DNA of 64,000 bases from Myxococcota bacterium. Lineage in GTDB: Bacteria; Myxococcota_A; UBA796; GCA-2862545. The notes beneath the pieces were generated by a model. It had not been told where the DNA came from and made no database searches. It saw only the letters and a list, made by a program, of their open reading frames with translations. Every line of letters starts with the position of its first letter. The first letter of the stretch is position 1. Position numbers and translations under genes: made by a program. This document shows positions 46,965-56,000 of the stretch, one piece after another. The DNA is taken from positions 188,534 to 252,533 of the forward strand of contig JBMHDG010000062.1 in assembly GCA_049889515.1 (NCBI GenBank). Direction: 5' to 3'.

Positions 46965-48215
46965 CTAGTCCGCCTTGGGGCTGCTTCGCTTCCGTCGACG
47001 CTTTGGCTTTGCGTTTGTGTCGTCGTTCTCTGGCCCCGCTGCGGCTGTCTCGGCAACGACCTGTAGGAATGACGCGCCATGGTCATTGACCTGCCACGTT
47101 CGTATCTCTGGCACTGCAGCAAGCTCTTCGAGGCTGGTCGGGGCACGGGCCGCGATTCGCTTCAAGGTGCTGTTGTTTGCGATGGTGAACGCGGAGCGGT
47201 GATGCCCCTTGTCGATCTCTGCATTTCGCCAAGCCTTGAGTGCCTCGAAGACGCGTTCTGCAGCACGGCCTGTCAGTCGGACCGCCGGGTCACGCGGCGG
47301 CTTGGGGGCCGACCGTAGCTTTGGGATCTCGAAGTCATCGTCGCGCCCATCGACGACCGATGCGACAATGGCATCGGCATGTCTGCGCTTCATGGCATGT
47401 TTCTTCGGGAAGAGCTGATCGAGGGCGCGCTGTGAGTCGGGTTGATGCTTCGCAATGTCGAGCAGGATGCTGTCGGACATCACCTTGTACGGTGGTCGGT
47501 CGATCTTCTGCGCGACGTTTTCGCGGTGCAGGTACAGGCGACGCAAGATGCGCAGTCCGGTGTCATCGAGCGTGTTGGCCTTTTTGATGCGCAGGTAGCC
47601 ATCTTCGTTGAACACGCGACCCTGCCAGACCCGGTCTTCGATGAACCGGCACTCTTCACGCTGATGGGGCTCACGGCCGGCCTTGCGCAGCTCTCGGAGC
47701 ATGAGCTCTCGGAGGGCGAGCAAGAAGTGGGTGTCGCCACGCGCATATTCGACATGCTCACTGCGCAATGGCCGCTGTGACCAGTCATGCCGTTGGTATT
47801 GCTTGTCCACCTTTATGCCAAAATGGCGGTCGATCAAGTCGGCGAGACCAAGCTTTGGATACCCGAGAAACTGGGCGGCAAAGAGCGTATCGAACAACTC
47901 ACGGGTTTCGAAGCCGAAGTCACGACGCAGGCTGACCACGTCGTAGTCGGCGCCATGGTAGATCTTGACGATGTCTCGCGAAGAAAAGATGGGCTTCAGC
48001 GGGGAGAGGTCCTTCGCCTTGAGTGGGTCGACCACAATGTCGCCTTCGGCATCCGTGAACTGGATGAGGCAGACCTTTTCTTGGTAGTGATACATCGAGT
48101 CGGACTCGGTATCGACGCCGATCACGTGCGCGCGGCTCAGGCGTTCGGCAAGTGCGACAACCTCTTCATTGGTCTCGATCATACACAGGGGTCGGTCGGA
48201 AAACATGCAGCTCAC
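46965..48215 (-). CDS. rnd: ribonuclease D
   Basis: DEDD 3'-5' exonuclease motifs (IGVDTESDS, YHGADYDV, YARGDTHFL) followed by HRDC-type domains. Confidence 0.9.
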   Translation of the reverse strand: MSCMFSDRPLCMIETNEEVVALAERLSRAHVIGVDTESDSMYHYQEKVCLIQFTDAEGDIVVDPLKAKDLSPLKPIFSSRDIVKIYHGADYDVVSLRRDFGFETRELFDTLFAAQFLGYPKLGLADLIDRHFGIKVDKQYQRHDWSQRPLRSEHVEYARGDTHFLLALRELMLRELRKAGREPHQREECRFIEDRVWQGRVFNEDGYLRIKKANTLDDTGLRILRRLYLHRENVAQKIDRPPYKVMSDSILLDIAKHQPDSQRALDQLFPKKHAMKRRHADAIVASVVDGRDDDFEIPKLRSAPKPPRDPAVRLTGRAAERVFEALKAWRNAEIDKGHHRSAFTIANNSTLKRIAARAPTSLEELAAVPEIRTWQVNDHGASFLQVVAETAAAGPENDDTNAKPKRRRKRSSPKAD

Positions 48216-48329
48216 TTGTTGGATGAGGGGTCATAGCGACACGCACGCTGCCTCACAACCGGTTGTCGTGTTTGTGCACTGGACGTGACAGCTCTTGCAC
48301 CGCGTCGGGTGACGCAATGCACATGAAAC

Positions 48330-49205
48330 GTGGGGCCAATGACGTTAGCCGTGCGGGGATTGGGGGTAGGGATGCGCCAGGTGGATGCAACACACGGGGA
48401 ACGAACGGCCGTCGAGGGATGTGCGCGTGCGCTGGGGGAGGCCTTTGGAGAGCCTCCTGACCTCGCGATGGTCCTCGGGAGTGGACTCGGTCCCGTCGTC
48501 GATGCGCTGAGCAACCCTATGCGCGTACCCTATGTGGACTTGGGCCTGCCGGATAGCCGCGTTGTCGGACATGCAGGTGTCGCCGTGCTCGGTGAGCTCG
48601 AGGGGCGTCGGGTGCTGCTCCTGTCAGGTCGTGTGCATCGCTACGAGGGCGGGCCGGAACAAGAGCTTGTGCGGTGCGTGCGCGCATTGAATGCGTGGGG
48701 CGTGCCTCGGATCCTACTCACATGCAGCGTGGGCGGCCTGCATCCTCATCTGCCTCCTGGCACGCTTGTTCGAGTGGTGGACCATCTCAACTTTCAGGGC
48801 ACAAACCCATTGATTGGTCCTGCGTATGGTCAGCGCTTTCCAGACTTACAAGAGGCGTATGATCCGGTGTTCGGACAGGTGCTCGACGTCGCTTCTGAGC
48901 GCGAAGAGATCGACCTGCCGACCGGCGTACTCGCGGCCATGACAGGACCCGCGTATGAGTCACCGGCAGAGGTACGGATGCTTCGGCTCGTTGGGGCCGA
49001 TGTCGTGGGCATGTCGACAGTGCCCGAAGTCTTGGCCTGTGCAGCGCTCGGGCAGCCTGTGGCCGTGGTGGCCGTCGTCAGCAACTTTGCGTCCGGCGTG
49101 GTTCCGGGTGCTGTCGACCACGCGTCGGTGACCGCTGTGGCCGCACGTGCGGCCACGGATCTTGTTCGGTTGCTACGGCGCGCACTGCGGATGGGTGCGT
49201 TTTAG
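48330..49205 (+). CDS. purine nucleoside phosphorylase (trimeric PNP family)
   Basis: Motifs MVLGSGLG, GRVHRYEG, MTGPAYESPAEVRMLR..GADVVGMSTVPE and VSNFASG. The start is uncertain: GTG 48330, ATG 48339 or ATG 48372. Confidence 0.85.
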   Translation: MGPMTLAVRGLGVGMRQVDATHGERTAVEGCARALGEAFGEPPDLAMVLGSGLGPVVDALSNPMRVPYVDLGLPDSRVVGHAGVAVLGELEGRRVLLLSGRVHRYEGGPEQELVRCVRALNAWGVPRILLTCSVGGLHPHLPPGTLVRVVDHLNFQGTNPLIGPAYGQRFPDLQEAYDPVFGQVLDVASEREEIDLPTGVLAAMTGPAYESPAEVRMLRLVGADVVGMSTVPEVLACAALGQPVAVVAVVSNFASGVVPGAVDHASVTAVAARAATDLVRLLRRALRMGAF

Positions 49206-49588
49206 ACTGCCGCGATGGCATCGATCTCGACGTCGACGTCTCGAGGGAGGCGGGCCACTTCGACGGCCGCACGTGCAGGGCGCCACGCCCCAAAGTGTTT
49301 GGCGTAAACTTCGTTCATGGCCGCAAAGTCATCCATCGACTTCAGAAATACCGTGGTCTTGATGACACGGTCGAGGTCGGTACCGGCGGCCCTTAAGACG
49401 GCGCGCAGGTTGCGCAGCACAAGGTCTGTCTGTTCGGCCACATCGCCCTCGAGCAGCGTGCCGTTCGCGGGGTCGATGGCAATCTGGCCCGAGCAATAGA
49501 CGAGGCCATTGTGGATGACGGCTTGGCTATAGGGCCCGATGGCAGATGGTGCGGCGTCGGTGGCGACGGGCTGTGGGACTCCAGTCAT
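49202..49588 (-). CDS. ridA: RidA/YjgF-family enamine/imine deaminase
   Basis: APSAIGPYSQAV...GQIAIDP...RAAVEVARLPRDVDVEIDA. The internal ATG 49588 has GGAG 7 nt upstream and is preferred to 49633. Confidence 0.85.
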   Translation of the reverse strand: MTGVPQPVATDAAPSAIGPYSQAVIHNGLVYCSGQIAIDPANGTLLEGDVAEQTDLVLRNLRAVLRAAGTDLDRVIKTTVFLKSMDDFAAMNEVYAKHFGAWRPARAAVEVARLPRDVDVEIDAIAAV

Positions 49589-49601
49589 GGTTCGTCTCCG
49601 C

Positions 49602-51578
49602 TTAGGGGCGTTCGTTGTCGTCTTCGAGACCATCGAGGACGAGATTCAGGGTTCGCGTGAGGGCATCGAGCGTACCATCGACCATGAGGGTGCCCAACCA
49701 TCCCATGGGGGCCGCATGCCCTGCGGCAGGCGCAGGGTCGAGCATGGCATCGAGGAGGCTGCCTTGCTCGGCCACACCGAGCAGGGGCTCGACGAGCGCA
49801 TCATGACGGATGACGTCAGCGAGGGTGTCGAGCATGTCGAGGTCTGGGTCGCGGTCGATCCATTCCGGCAGCCAGGTCACCATCTCGGTCAGGCTGGCGT
49901 CCTGCGCCGTGAGCACTGTCCGCAGGCTGTCGAGTGCCGCCCACGTGGACGGATGGTCATGGAGGGGCAGTAGATAGGGTTCGAGCCGCGTCCATCCAGA
50001 AGGTCGGCCGGCCGCTGGTGCGAGAAGCCACACGGCACCGTCGAGTACTTCGTTGAGGCCCGCAATCGTCTCGCCGTCTCGCTGGAGCAGTGGCGGGGAA
50101 ACCGACGACGTCAGCGCTGGCAGGAGGGTCACCACGTCTTCGATGGCCTCGCTGCCGCCAATGTCGCGGAACAGCTCCTCCAGCGGCGGGAGTGCCCCGT
50201 CATCCACCACAGCGGTCACGAGGTCTGCGGTTGCGCCAAGGTGATTGTCGTCCCCGTCGCGCAGCGCTTTCAGCAGGTCTAGAAACACAACCAGAAGGTC
50301 CTCGAATCGGGGGTCGTAGAGGACTTCGAGGACTTCGAGATCGGCGACCACCTGCGGTGTGAGTGCCGGACACACGCCGGAATCGGCGATGTCACCGATC
50401 AAGTCGGCGCCAAGGTCTGATCCGAGCAGGTCTGCGACGGTCTCACTCGTCGAGGTCACATCGTCCAACGACCAGTCGGCCACAGCTTCAAGGAGCGTCA
50501 CGGCGACATTGCCGAGGTCGAGGTCGAGCGTAGTAAGCACGAGGTCGATCTCGCAGGTCATGGGCTGATTGGTAGCTGCGAGCAGCTCCAATAGGGTGGT
50601 GAGTGCGCTTCGCTCGCCAGGTGAGAGGGCTCCGCCGGACTTGTCTACACGGGTCATGAGTGCAAGCTGTGGCCCAACGGCCGCAAGCGTGTCATCCCCA
50701 GCATGTTCTCCAATCAGCAGGTCAAGGCGTTGTCGTACCTGCCGATCATCGAGGGCCGGGACGAGGTGAATCGCGAGGTCATCGACCAGCGCCGCATCGT
50801 TACGAAGTAGCATGCGCAGTGCGTCACGAAGGGAGTGACCACTGGCGAGGGGCCATCGGTCGTTCGACGGGCTCGCGACATCGTCCAGCAGGAGACCCAG
50901 CGACGTGGGAAGCCCGCGGAGCGCATCACCGGCAGCGGAGGGGGTACGCGCTAGGGCATCAAGCGTCAGGGTCCAGCTCGGCGATGTGCGGTCCGCAAGC
51001 CATGCCCCGAAGTCGGCTCTGTCGGTGGGGCGCTCGGCCATGACGGAGGCAACGAGGGGGACAAGCGGACCACTACGTGCGGCGAGTCCAGAGCTGAGGC
51101 GCACGGGGTCTTGGAGAAGCTGTGGTGCCTCGCGCACCTGACGGGCGGGAACGGGAACGAGGAGCTCCAACACGGCGTCGACGAGGGGGAGGTCCGAGTC
51201 GGTCAGGGCGTCGCTGAGCTGCGTCAGCAGGGCCATGGGGTCCGTGCCGTAGGCGACCAGCTCGGAGGATGCATCCACGAGCGCCAGCCCGATCGGTTGA
51301 CCCGAGACGAGAGGGGTGTCGAAGGTGTCCCGCATGCTGTGCAACGCGTGGAGGTGCCCGTGGTAGTCGAGGCATTCGAACGTCGCGTGAAGCTCTGCCG
51401 TCGACGATGTGTCGATCCCGTCCATGAGGTCGACGTCGTAGCAAGGGCTCTCGGGCTCAAGCTGTGCCTGCCAACGACCAGACCGGTCAGGCAAGGCACA
51501 TGCGAGTCCCGCTGCAATGAGCGCACCTACAGCGGTGAGGCGAAGGATCGGTGGGGATGACAGGGGTCTTCGAACCAC
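49602..51578 (-). CDS. hypothetical large acidic helical lipoprotein
   Basis: 658 aa with a GTG start. Signal peptide with lipobox LIAAGLAC. Very Leu/Asp/Ala-rich with no recognised domain. The start is 3 nt after the upstream stop. Confidence 0.55.
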   Translation of the reverse strand: MVRRPLSSPPILRLTAVGALIAAGLACALPDRSGRWQAQLEPESPCYDVDLMDGIDTSSTAELHATFECLDYHGHLHALHSMRDTFDTPLVSGQPIGLALVDASSELVAYGTDPMALLTQLSDALTDSDLPLVDAVLELLVPVPARQVREAPQLLQDPVRLSSGLAARSGPLVPLVASVMAERPTDRADFGAWLADRTSPSWTLTLDALARTPSAAGDALRGLPTSLGLLLDDVASPSNDRWPLASGHSLRDALRMLLRNDAALVDDLAIHLVPALDDRQVRQRLDLLIGEHAGDDTLAAVGPQLALMTRVDKSGGALSPGERSALTTLLELLAATNQPMTCEIDLVLTTLDLDLGNVAVTLLEAVADWSLDDVTSTSETVADLLGSDLGADLIGDIADSGVCPALTPQVVADLEVLEVLYDPRFEDLLVVFLDLLKALRDGDDNHLGATADLVTAVVDDGALPPLEELFRDIGGSEAIEDVVTLLPALTSSVSPPLLQRDGETIAGLNEVLDGAVWLLAPAAGRPSGWTRLEPYLLPLHDHPSTWAALDSLRTVLTAQDASLTEMVTWLPEWIDRDPDLDMLDTLADVIRHDALVEPLLGVAEQGSLLDAMLDPAPAAGHAAPMGWLGTLMVDGTLDALTRTLNLVLDGLEDDNERP

Positions 51579-51581
51579 CTG

Positions 51582-52205
51582 TCAGTCGAACAATACGCGA
51601 AGTCCGGCGGCACCGACCATGCCGTGGGAGACGGTCTTGCGGAGGCGGAGACCGTACGTGATGTCTGTCCAGAGCTCCAGCGTACGTGAGAGCTGGTAGC
51701 TGGCGTTGATGCCAGGCTGGACGAGGAGGTACTCGGTCTTGTCTACGGTGATGAACCCGGAACCAATGTGTGCGCTTGCGCCGAGACGGAAGTTGTCGGA
51801 CGCGGCACGGAAGAAGGTCCACTGCAGGCCGACCGTACCCACGCCGGTGTGCGCGATGTCATCGCGGTAGGCCGCCACGACATTGCTAGGGTCGACGAGG
51901 GAGGTGGTGGTCGCAGGGTCGACCTGAGGGAGGTCCATCTGCCAGTAGAACCGGAAGACGCCTCGGACGTCGTCATCGCGGTCACCGAGCACGAGCTCGA
52001 GTCCTGCGCCGGCGTTGCCGATGACCTGTGTGGTCCGGAACTGCTCGTAGTCGAAGATATCGTTGATCTCGAACCCGTCGGCAGTCACGGTGGAGTAGTA
52101 GTACACCTGCTCGGTGTGGAAACCGCCGGTCACCAAAGGACCGACGCCCCCTGCGAGGGCGGTATTGGACATCATGAGTGCAGCGAGTGCAACGACGGCG
52201 CGCAT
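51582..52205 (-). CDS. hypothetical outer-membrane beta-barrel-like protein
   Basis: Signal peptide MRAVVALAALMMSNTALAGG, alternating amphipathic strands, and C-terminal ...GAAGLRVLFD. Confidence 0.5.
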   Translation of the reverse strand: MRAVVALAALMMSNTALAGGVGPLVTGGFHTEQVYYYSTVTADGFEINDIFDYEQFRTTQVIGNAGAGLELVLGDRDDDVRGVFRFYWQMDLPQVDPATTTSLVDPSNVVAAYRDDIAHTGVGTVGLQWTFFRAASDNFRLGASAHIGSGFITVDKTEYLLVQPGINASYQLSRTLELWTDITYGLRLRKTVSHGMVGAAGLRVLFD

Positions 52206-52426
52206 GGGCTCTCCGGAGACGTGACGTGTCGGTTTACTTCAGCCGGCGGTCTTGATCAAGGGCTCGTTGAGAGGTTGTCCGGGGTTGGTGTGCTCCATTA
52301 CCGCAACTGCTGCTTGTGTGTGCCTACATGTGTGCGTTGAATGCGGATGATGGGTCGATGTGGTTGCATTGTGAACTCTGGGGTGCCACCATTTTAGAGG
52401 CATGCAACATGACCTTCTCGTTGGAT

Positions 52427-53059
52427 TTATCGTCCGGTGTCGGGTGCGGAGTCGGGCATTTGGCCGGTTTCGGCGCGGATGGCTTTACCGGTGTCGCCGC
52501 TGTCGCGGTCGCTGCGAGCGGAATCCAGCGAGGAGGTGTCGGAATCCTTGAGGCGGGAGCCCGTGTCGCCGTTCATGGTGTCGCGTGAGCTGCCCGTCTC
52601 ACCGGAGGATGCCGAGTCTACGGCAGACTCACCGGGCAGGATGTCGACTGTGCCCACGACAAAGTCGCCATAGCGATTGAGCAGGCTGATGGACTGGAGG
52701 CCAACGGGAGCCTGCAGGGGAACCACTGCAACAACGGTCTCGACGCAGGGCTCGCAGAGCGTGATGCACGCGTCGCAGGTACCACAGGCGGCGCAGCTGT
52801 TGGCGGACTCGGCGCGACAGGCATCGCATGTGAGACAGTCGACACGATCGACGGCGAGCACTTCGGCGGAGAGGCCGCCAATGAAGACCCGCGTGTCGTA
52901 GGCTTCGGTGAAGGGACCGCCGGTGAGTGTGATGGTGTCACCGGGTTGGACCACGTCTGGGGTCGGCGTACCCGTGACGATGCAGCTGTCGCCAACGGCC
53001 TCAAAGGTGGGGTCACATCCGCTGATGACAAGGCAAATCGCAGCAAGGGTCGTTCGCAT
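52427..53059 (-). CDS. lipoprotein with IPT/TIG-like fold, a 9-Cys cluster and a disordered Ser/Asp/Gly tail
   Basis: Lipobox VISGC. ITLTGGPFTE...VFIGG is IPT-like. The Cys cluster CLTCDACRAESANSCAACGTCDACITLCEPC is at 52745-52837. The start ATG shares one nt with the PBP1A stop (TAATG at 53057-53061). Confidence 0.6.
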   Translation of the reverse strand: MRTTLAAICLVISGCDPTFEAVGDSCIVTGTPTPDVVQPGDTITLTGGPFTEAYDTRVFIGGLSAEVLAVDRVDCLTCDACRAESANSCAACGTCDACITLCEPCVETVVAVVPLQAPVGLQSISLLNRYGDFVVGTVDILPGESAVDSASSGETGSSRDTMNGDTGSRLKDSDTSSLDSARSDRDSGDTGKAIRAETGQMPDSAPDTGR

Positions 53060-56000
53060 TACAGCTCCGTGGCGAGGTCATCGAGTGAGAGCTCACCGGC
53101 TGCTGTACCGGTGGACTCCGGGACGGTGTTTTTAAGGAATGGGTACTTTCGCCCACCTTCTACGACCCGCCGGCCCGAGTCTTCATCAATGCGGACCCAC
53201 TCGAGGTCCTCGTCAAAGACAAAGGTTCCGTGTCCTTCTTTGGGGACGGCTTCTTTCATGTAGTCGATGAACACCGGCATGGAGGTATCGCCGCCGGTCG
53301 CACCCACCCCCATTGGGGTTGGTGTATCAAAACCAGACCACACAGCGGTCACCATCTTGGGCGTGAACCCGATGAACCACGCGTCTTTTTCCTCATTGGT
53401 AGTGCCGGTCTTGCCAGCGATGGTGAAGCCAAGTTTTTGGCGTGCCTTTGTGGCGGTTCCGCCTTCTGCGACATTCTGGAGTAGCCAGGTGGTGATGTCG
53501 GCGACACCTGGGTCCATGACCTCGATAGGTTCGACGGACTCATGAGCGTAGAGGACGTCTCCATCGCGGTCCGTCACCTCGAGGATGGTGTTCAAGGGGC
53601 GCCATTGGCCATGATTGGCAAACGTGGCATAGGCCACCGTCATTTCTTCCATGGTCAGCGCTGCGGAACCAAGCCCCATGCTGAGGTTGCAGAACCGGCA
53701 CCACGCCTTCTGCTCCAGGGCTTCTTCGTGGGTCATGTCGGGGTCGCGTGGGGGATAGCGGACCTCGCATCCGCTGGTCTGCGGCGTCTCGCGGACCCAG
53801 GGACACAGGACGTCCGATTGCGGCGTCACCTCGAAGGTGTCATCGCGCAGGTGGGCGGGCAAGCCACCAAGACCGAGCGCGATACCGAAGTCAGACACGA
53901 CGCCGTCCTGCATGCCCGGGTCGACACTGTCCAGCACGCGCACCGTACAGGTGTTGCGGGAGAGAGCAAGCGCGCGTCGCAGGGTGATGTTGCCCATGTA
54001 GTCCCGCGCATAGTTGGCAGGCTTCCACATCTCACCATCGGCGGTGGTCGAGAAGGCGAGGGGCGCATCCGCAACCATGGTCGCGGCCGTGATCTTGCGC
54101 GACGCAAGCGCGGCTGCGTAGACGATCGGCTTGAAGGTAGAGCCCACTTGACGTCGTGCCTGCGTGGCACGGTTGAACTGGCTGCGTCCAAAGTTCGATC
54201 CGCCGACCATGGCGAGGACATGACCCGTCTCAAGGTCTGCAGACAGCAAGCTCGACTCCACTTTGGTGGCTTGTTGCAGCTCGACCGCCACGAGGTCGCG
54301 AAGCTCGCCTGGCGTATTCACGAAGGTGGGGGTGAGGTCCTTTTCGAGGGTGGAGCGCCCGCGTACAAGAACACGGACCACATCGCCGACGCGAAGGATA
54401 CCGCCGCCCGAGGTCTCTTCTCCAGGAGCTCGGACGGGCCGCGTGAAGTTGTCCTGTTTTCGGTATCGCCAGGTCTTTTTCGGGTTGGGTGGGTAGACCC
54501 ATTCACTCCATGCGATGGGAATCAGCCCCTCATGGATACCGATCTGCACACGGGCCCAGGTCTTCGATACCTCGGTGACCACTGCTGCATAGGACTGGTC
54601 GACCTCGAGGGTGCTGGTGCTAGGAAGCGCCACACGCCCGGCCGGATCTTGTGCGGCAGCCCAAGCCTTTCGCATGGCCGTCTCATGTTCTGCGATCCGC
54701 GCGGACCGCTCGGCGTCAGAGCTTAGGGTCTCGACGTCCTCGCGACGGAAGCCCATGCGGTGGTCGACCCGTACGACGCCATCGGCGACCGCTCTCTGTG
54801 CCGCCTTCTGCAGGTCTAGATCGCATGTTGTCGTGACGGACAGTCCCTCGTTTAAGACGCGCTCCTCTCCGTACTGACGGACGAGGAAGCGACGCGCATG
54901 TTCTGTGAAATAGGGGGCCATCTCACGGAAGGTGTTGCCGCGAGGTGCGACGACGATGGGCTCCGCGGCGGCAGCTTCTGCGTCGCTGGCCGTGATGAAG
55001 CCCTTTTCGACCATCTGACCGAGCACGTAGGCCTGCCGGCGCTTGGACGCTTCGATGTCACGATGAGGATTCCACGCAGAGGGGCGCGGGGGGAGGCCCG
55101 CGAGAATCGCGGCTTCACCGAGCGTCACCTCGGAGATGTGCTTTCCGAAGAAGGTTCGCGCAGCAGCTTCGACGCCGTAAGACTGCGAACCAAGGAAGAT
55201 CTCGTTGAGGTAGAGGTAGAGGATGTGCTCTTTGGTGTAGGCGTCTTCAATACGCCACGACAAAAGGGCTTCTTTGACCTTGCGCGCGAGTCTTCGGTCA
55301 GACGAGAGCAGAAAATTCTTGGCGACTTGCTGCGTGATGGTCGACCCGCCCTGGGCGATGCGACCTGCTCGAAGGTTCCGCACCATGGCACGGGCGATCC
55401 CCATGTAGTCGATGCCATCATGCGAGAAAAAGTTGGCGTCCTCCGCCGCCACGAAGGCATGGACAACGGTCTCTGGAATCTCCTCGTAGGGGAGAACGTA
55501 GCGCCGTTCTTCATAGATCTCGCCAAGGAGTCGCCCGGTTCGATCGTGAACTGTGGTCACGGTGGCTGGTGTATAGGCCTGTAGGGTCTCGATGCCGGGT
55601 AGGTCAGGTGCGTAGGTCTGATAGACCGCGTAGCCTACGGCCACCGACCCGAGTGCCCCCACAAGCGCGGCGGCGAGCAACCCACGGCCAGCCCATGTCC
55701 AGAGTCGGCTTGGCGCCTTTCGGCGACTGCGCAGTGGACGCCCTTCGCTGGGCACCACAACAGGACCGGTAGGTGGGGCAGTCTCGGGCTGCGAGGACTC
55801 CGGTGTGGACGGGAGCGGTTCACGCGTGTCTTCGGTGGGGGGCGGTTCGACCTCGGCGCGAGGCTCCACGGGCGTGGCGGGCCGCGCGAACAAGGTCGTC
55901 TGGGCATCGTCATCGGAGGGTGGCTCGGCGCCGCCGGATCCGAGGTCGTCATCGGCCTGCATCATCGCGCGCAAGGTGTCTCGGTCCATCATTACCGTTG

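Noticed and set aside
52370-52388. TGGCAC on the minus strand in the 221-nt spacer, considered as a sigma-54 -24 element
   Set aside because: Ten nt downstream of the GG there is TT, not the required GC of the -12 element (TGGCAC-CCCAG-AGTTCA), so spacing and sequence do not fit.
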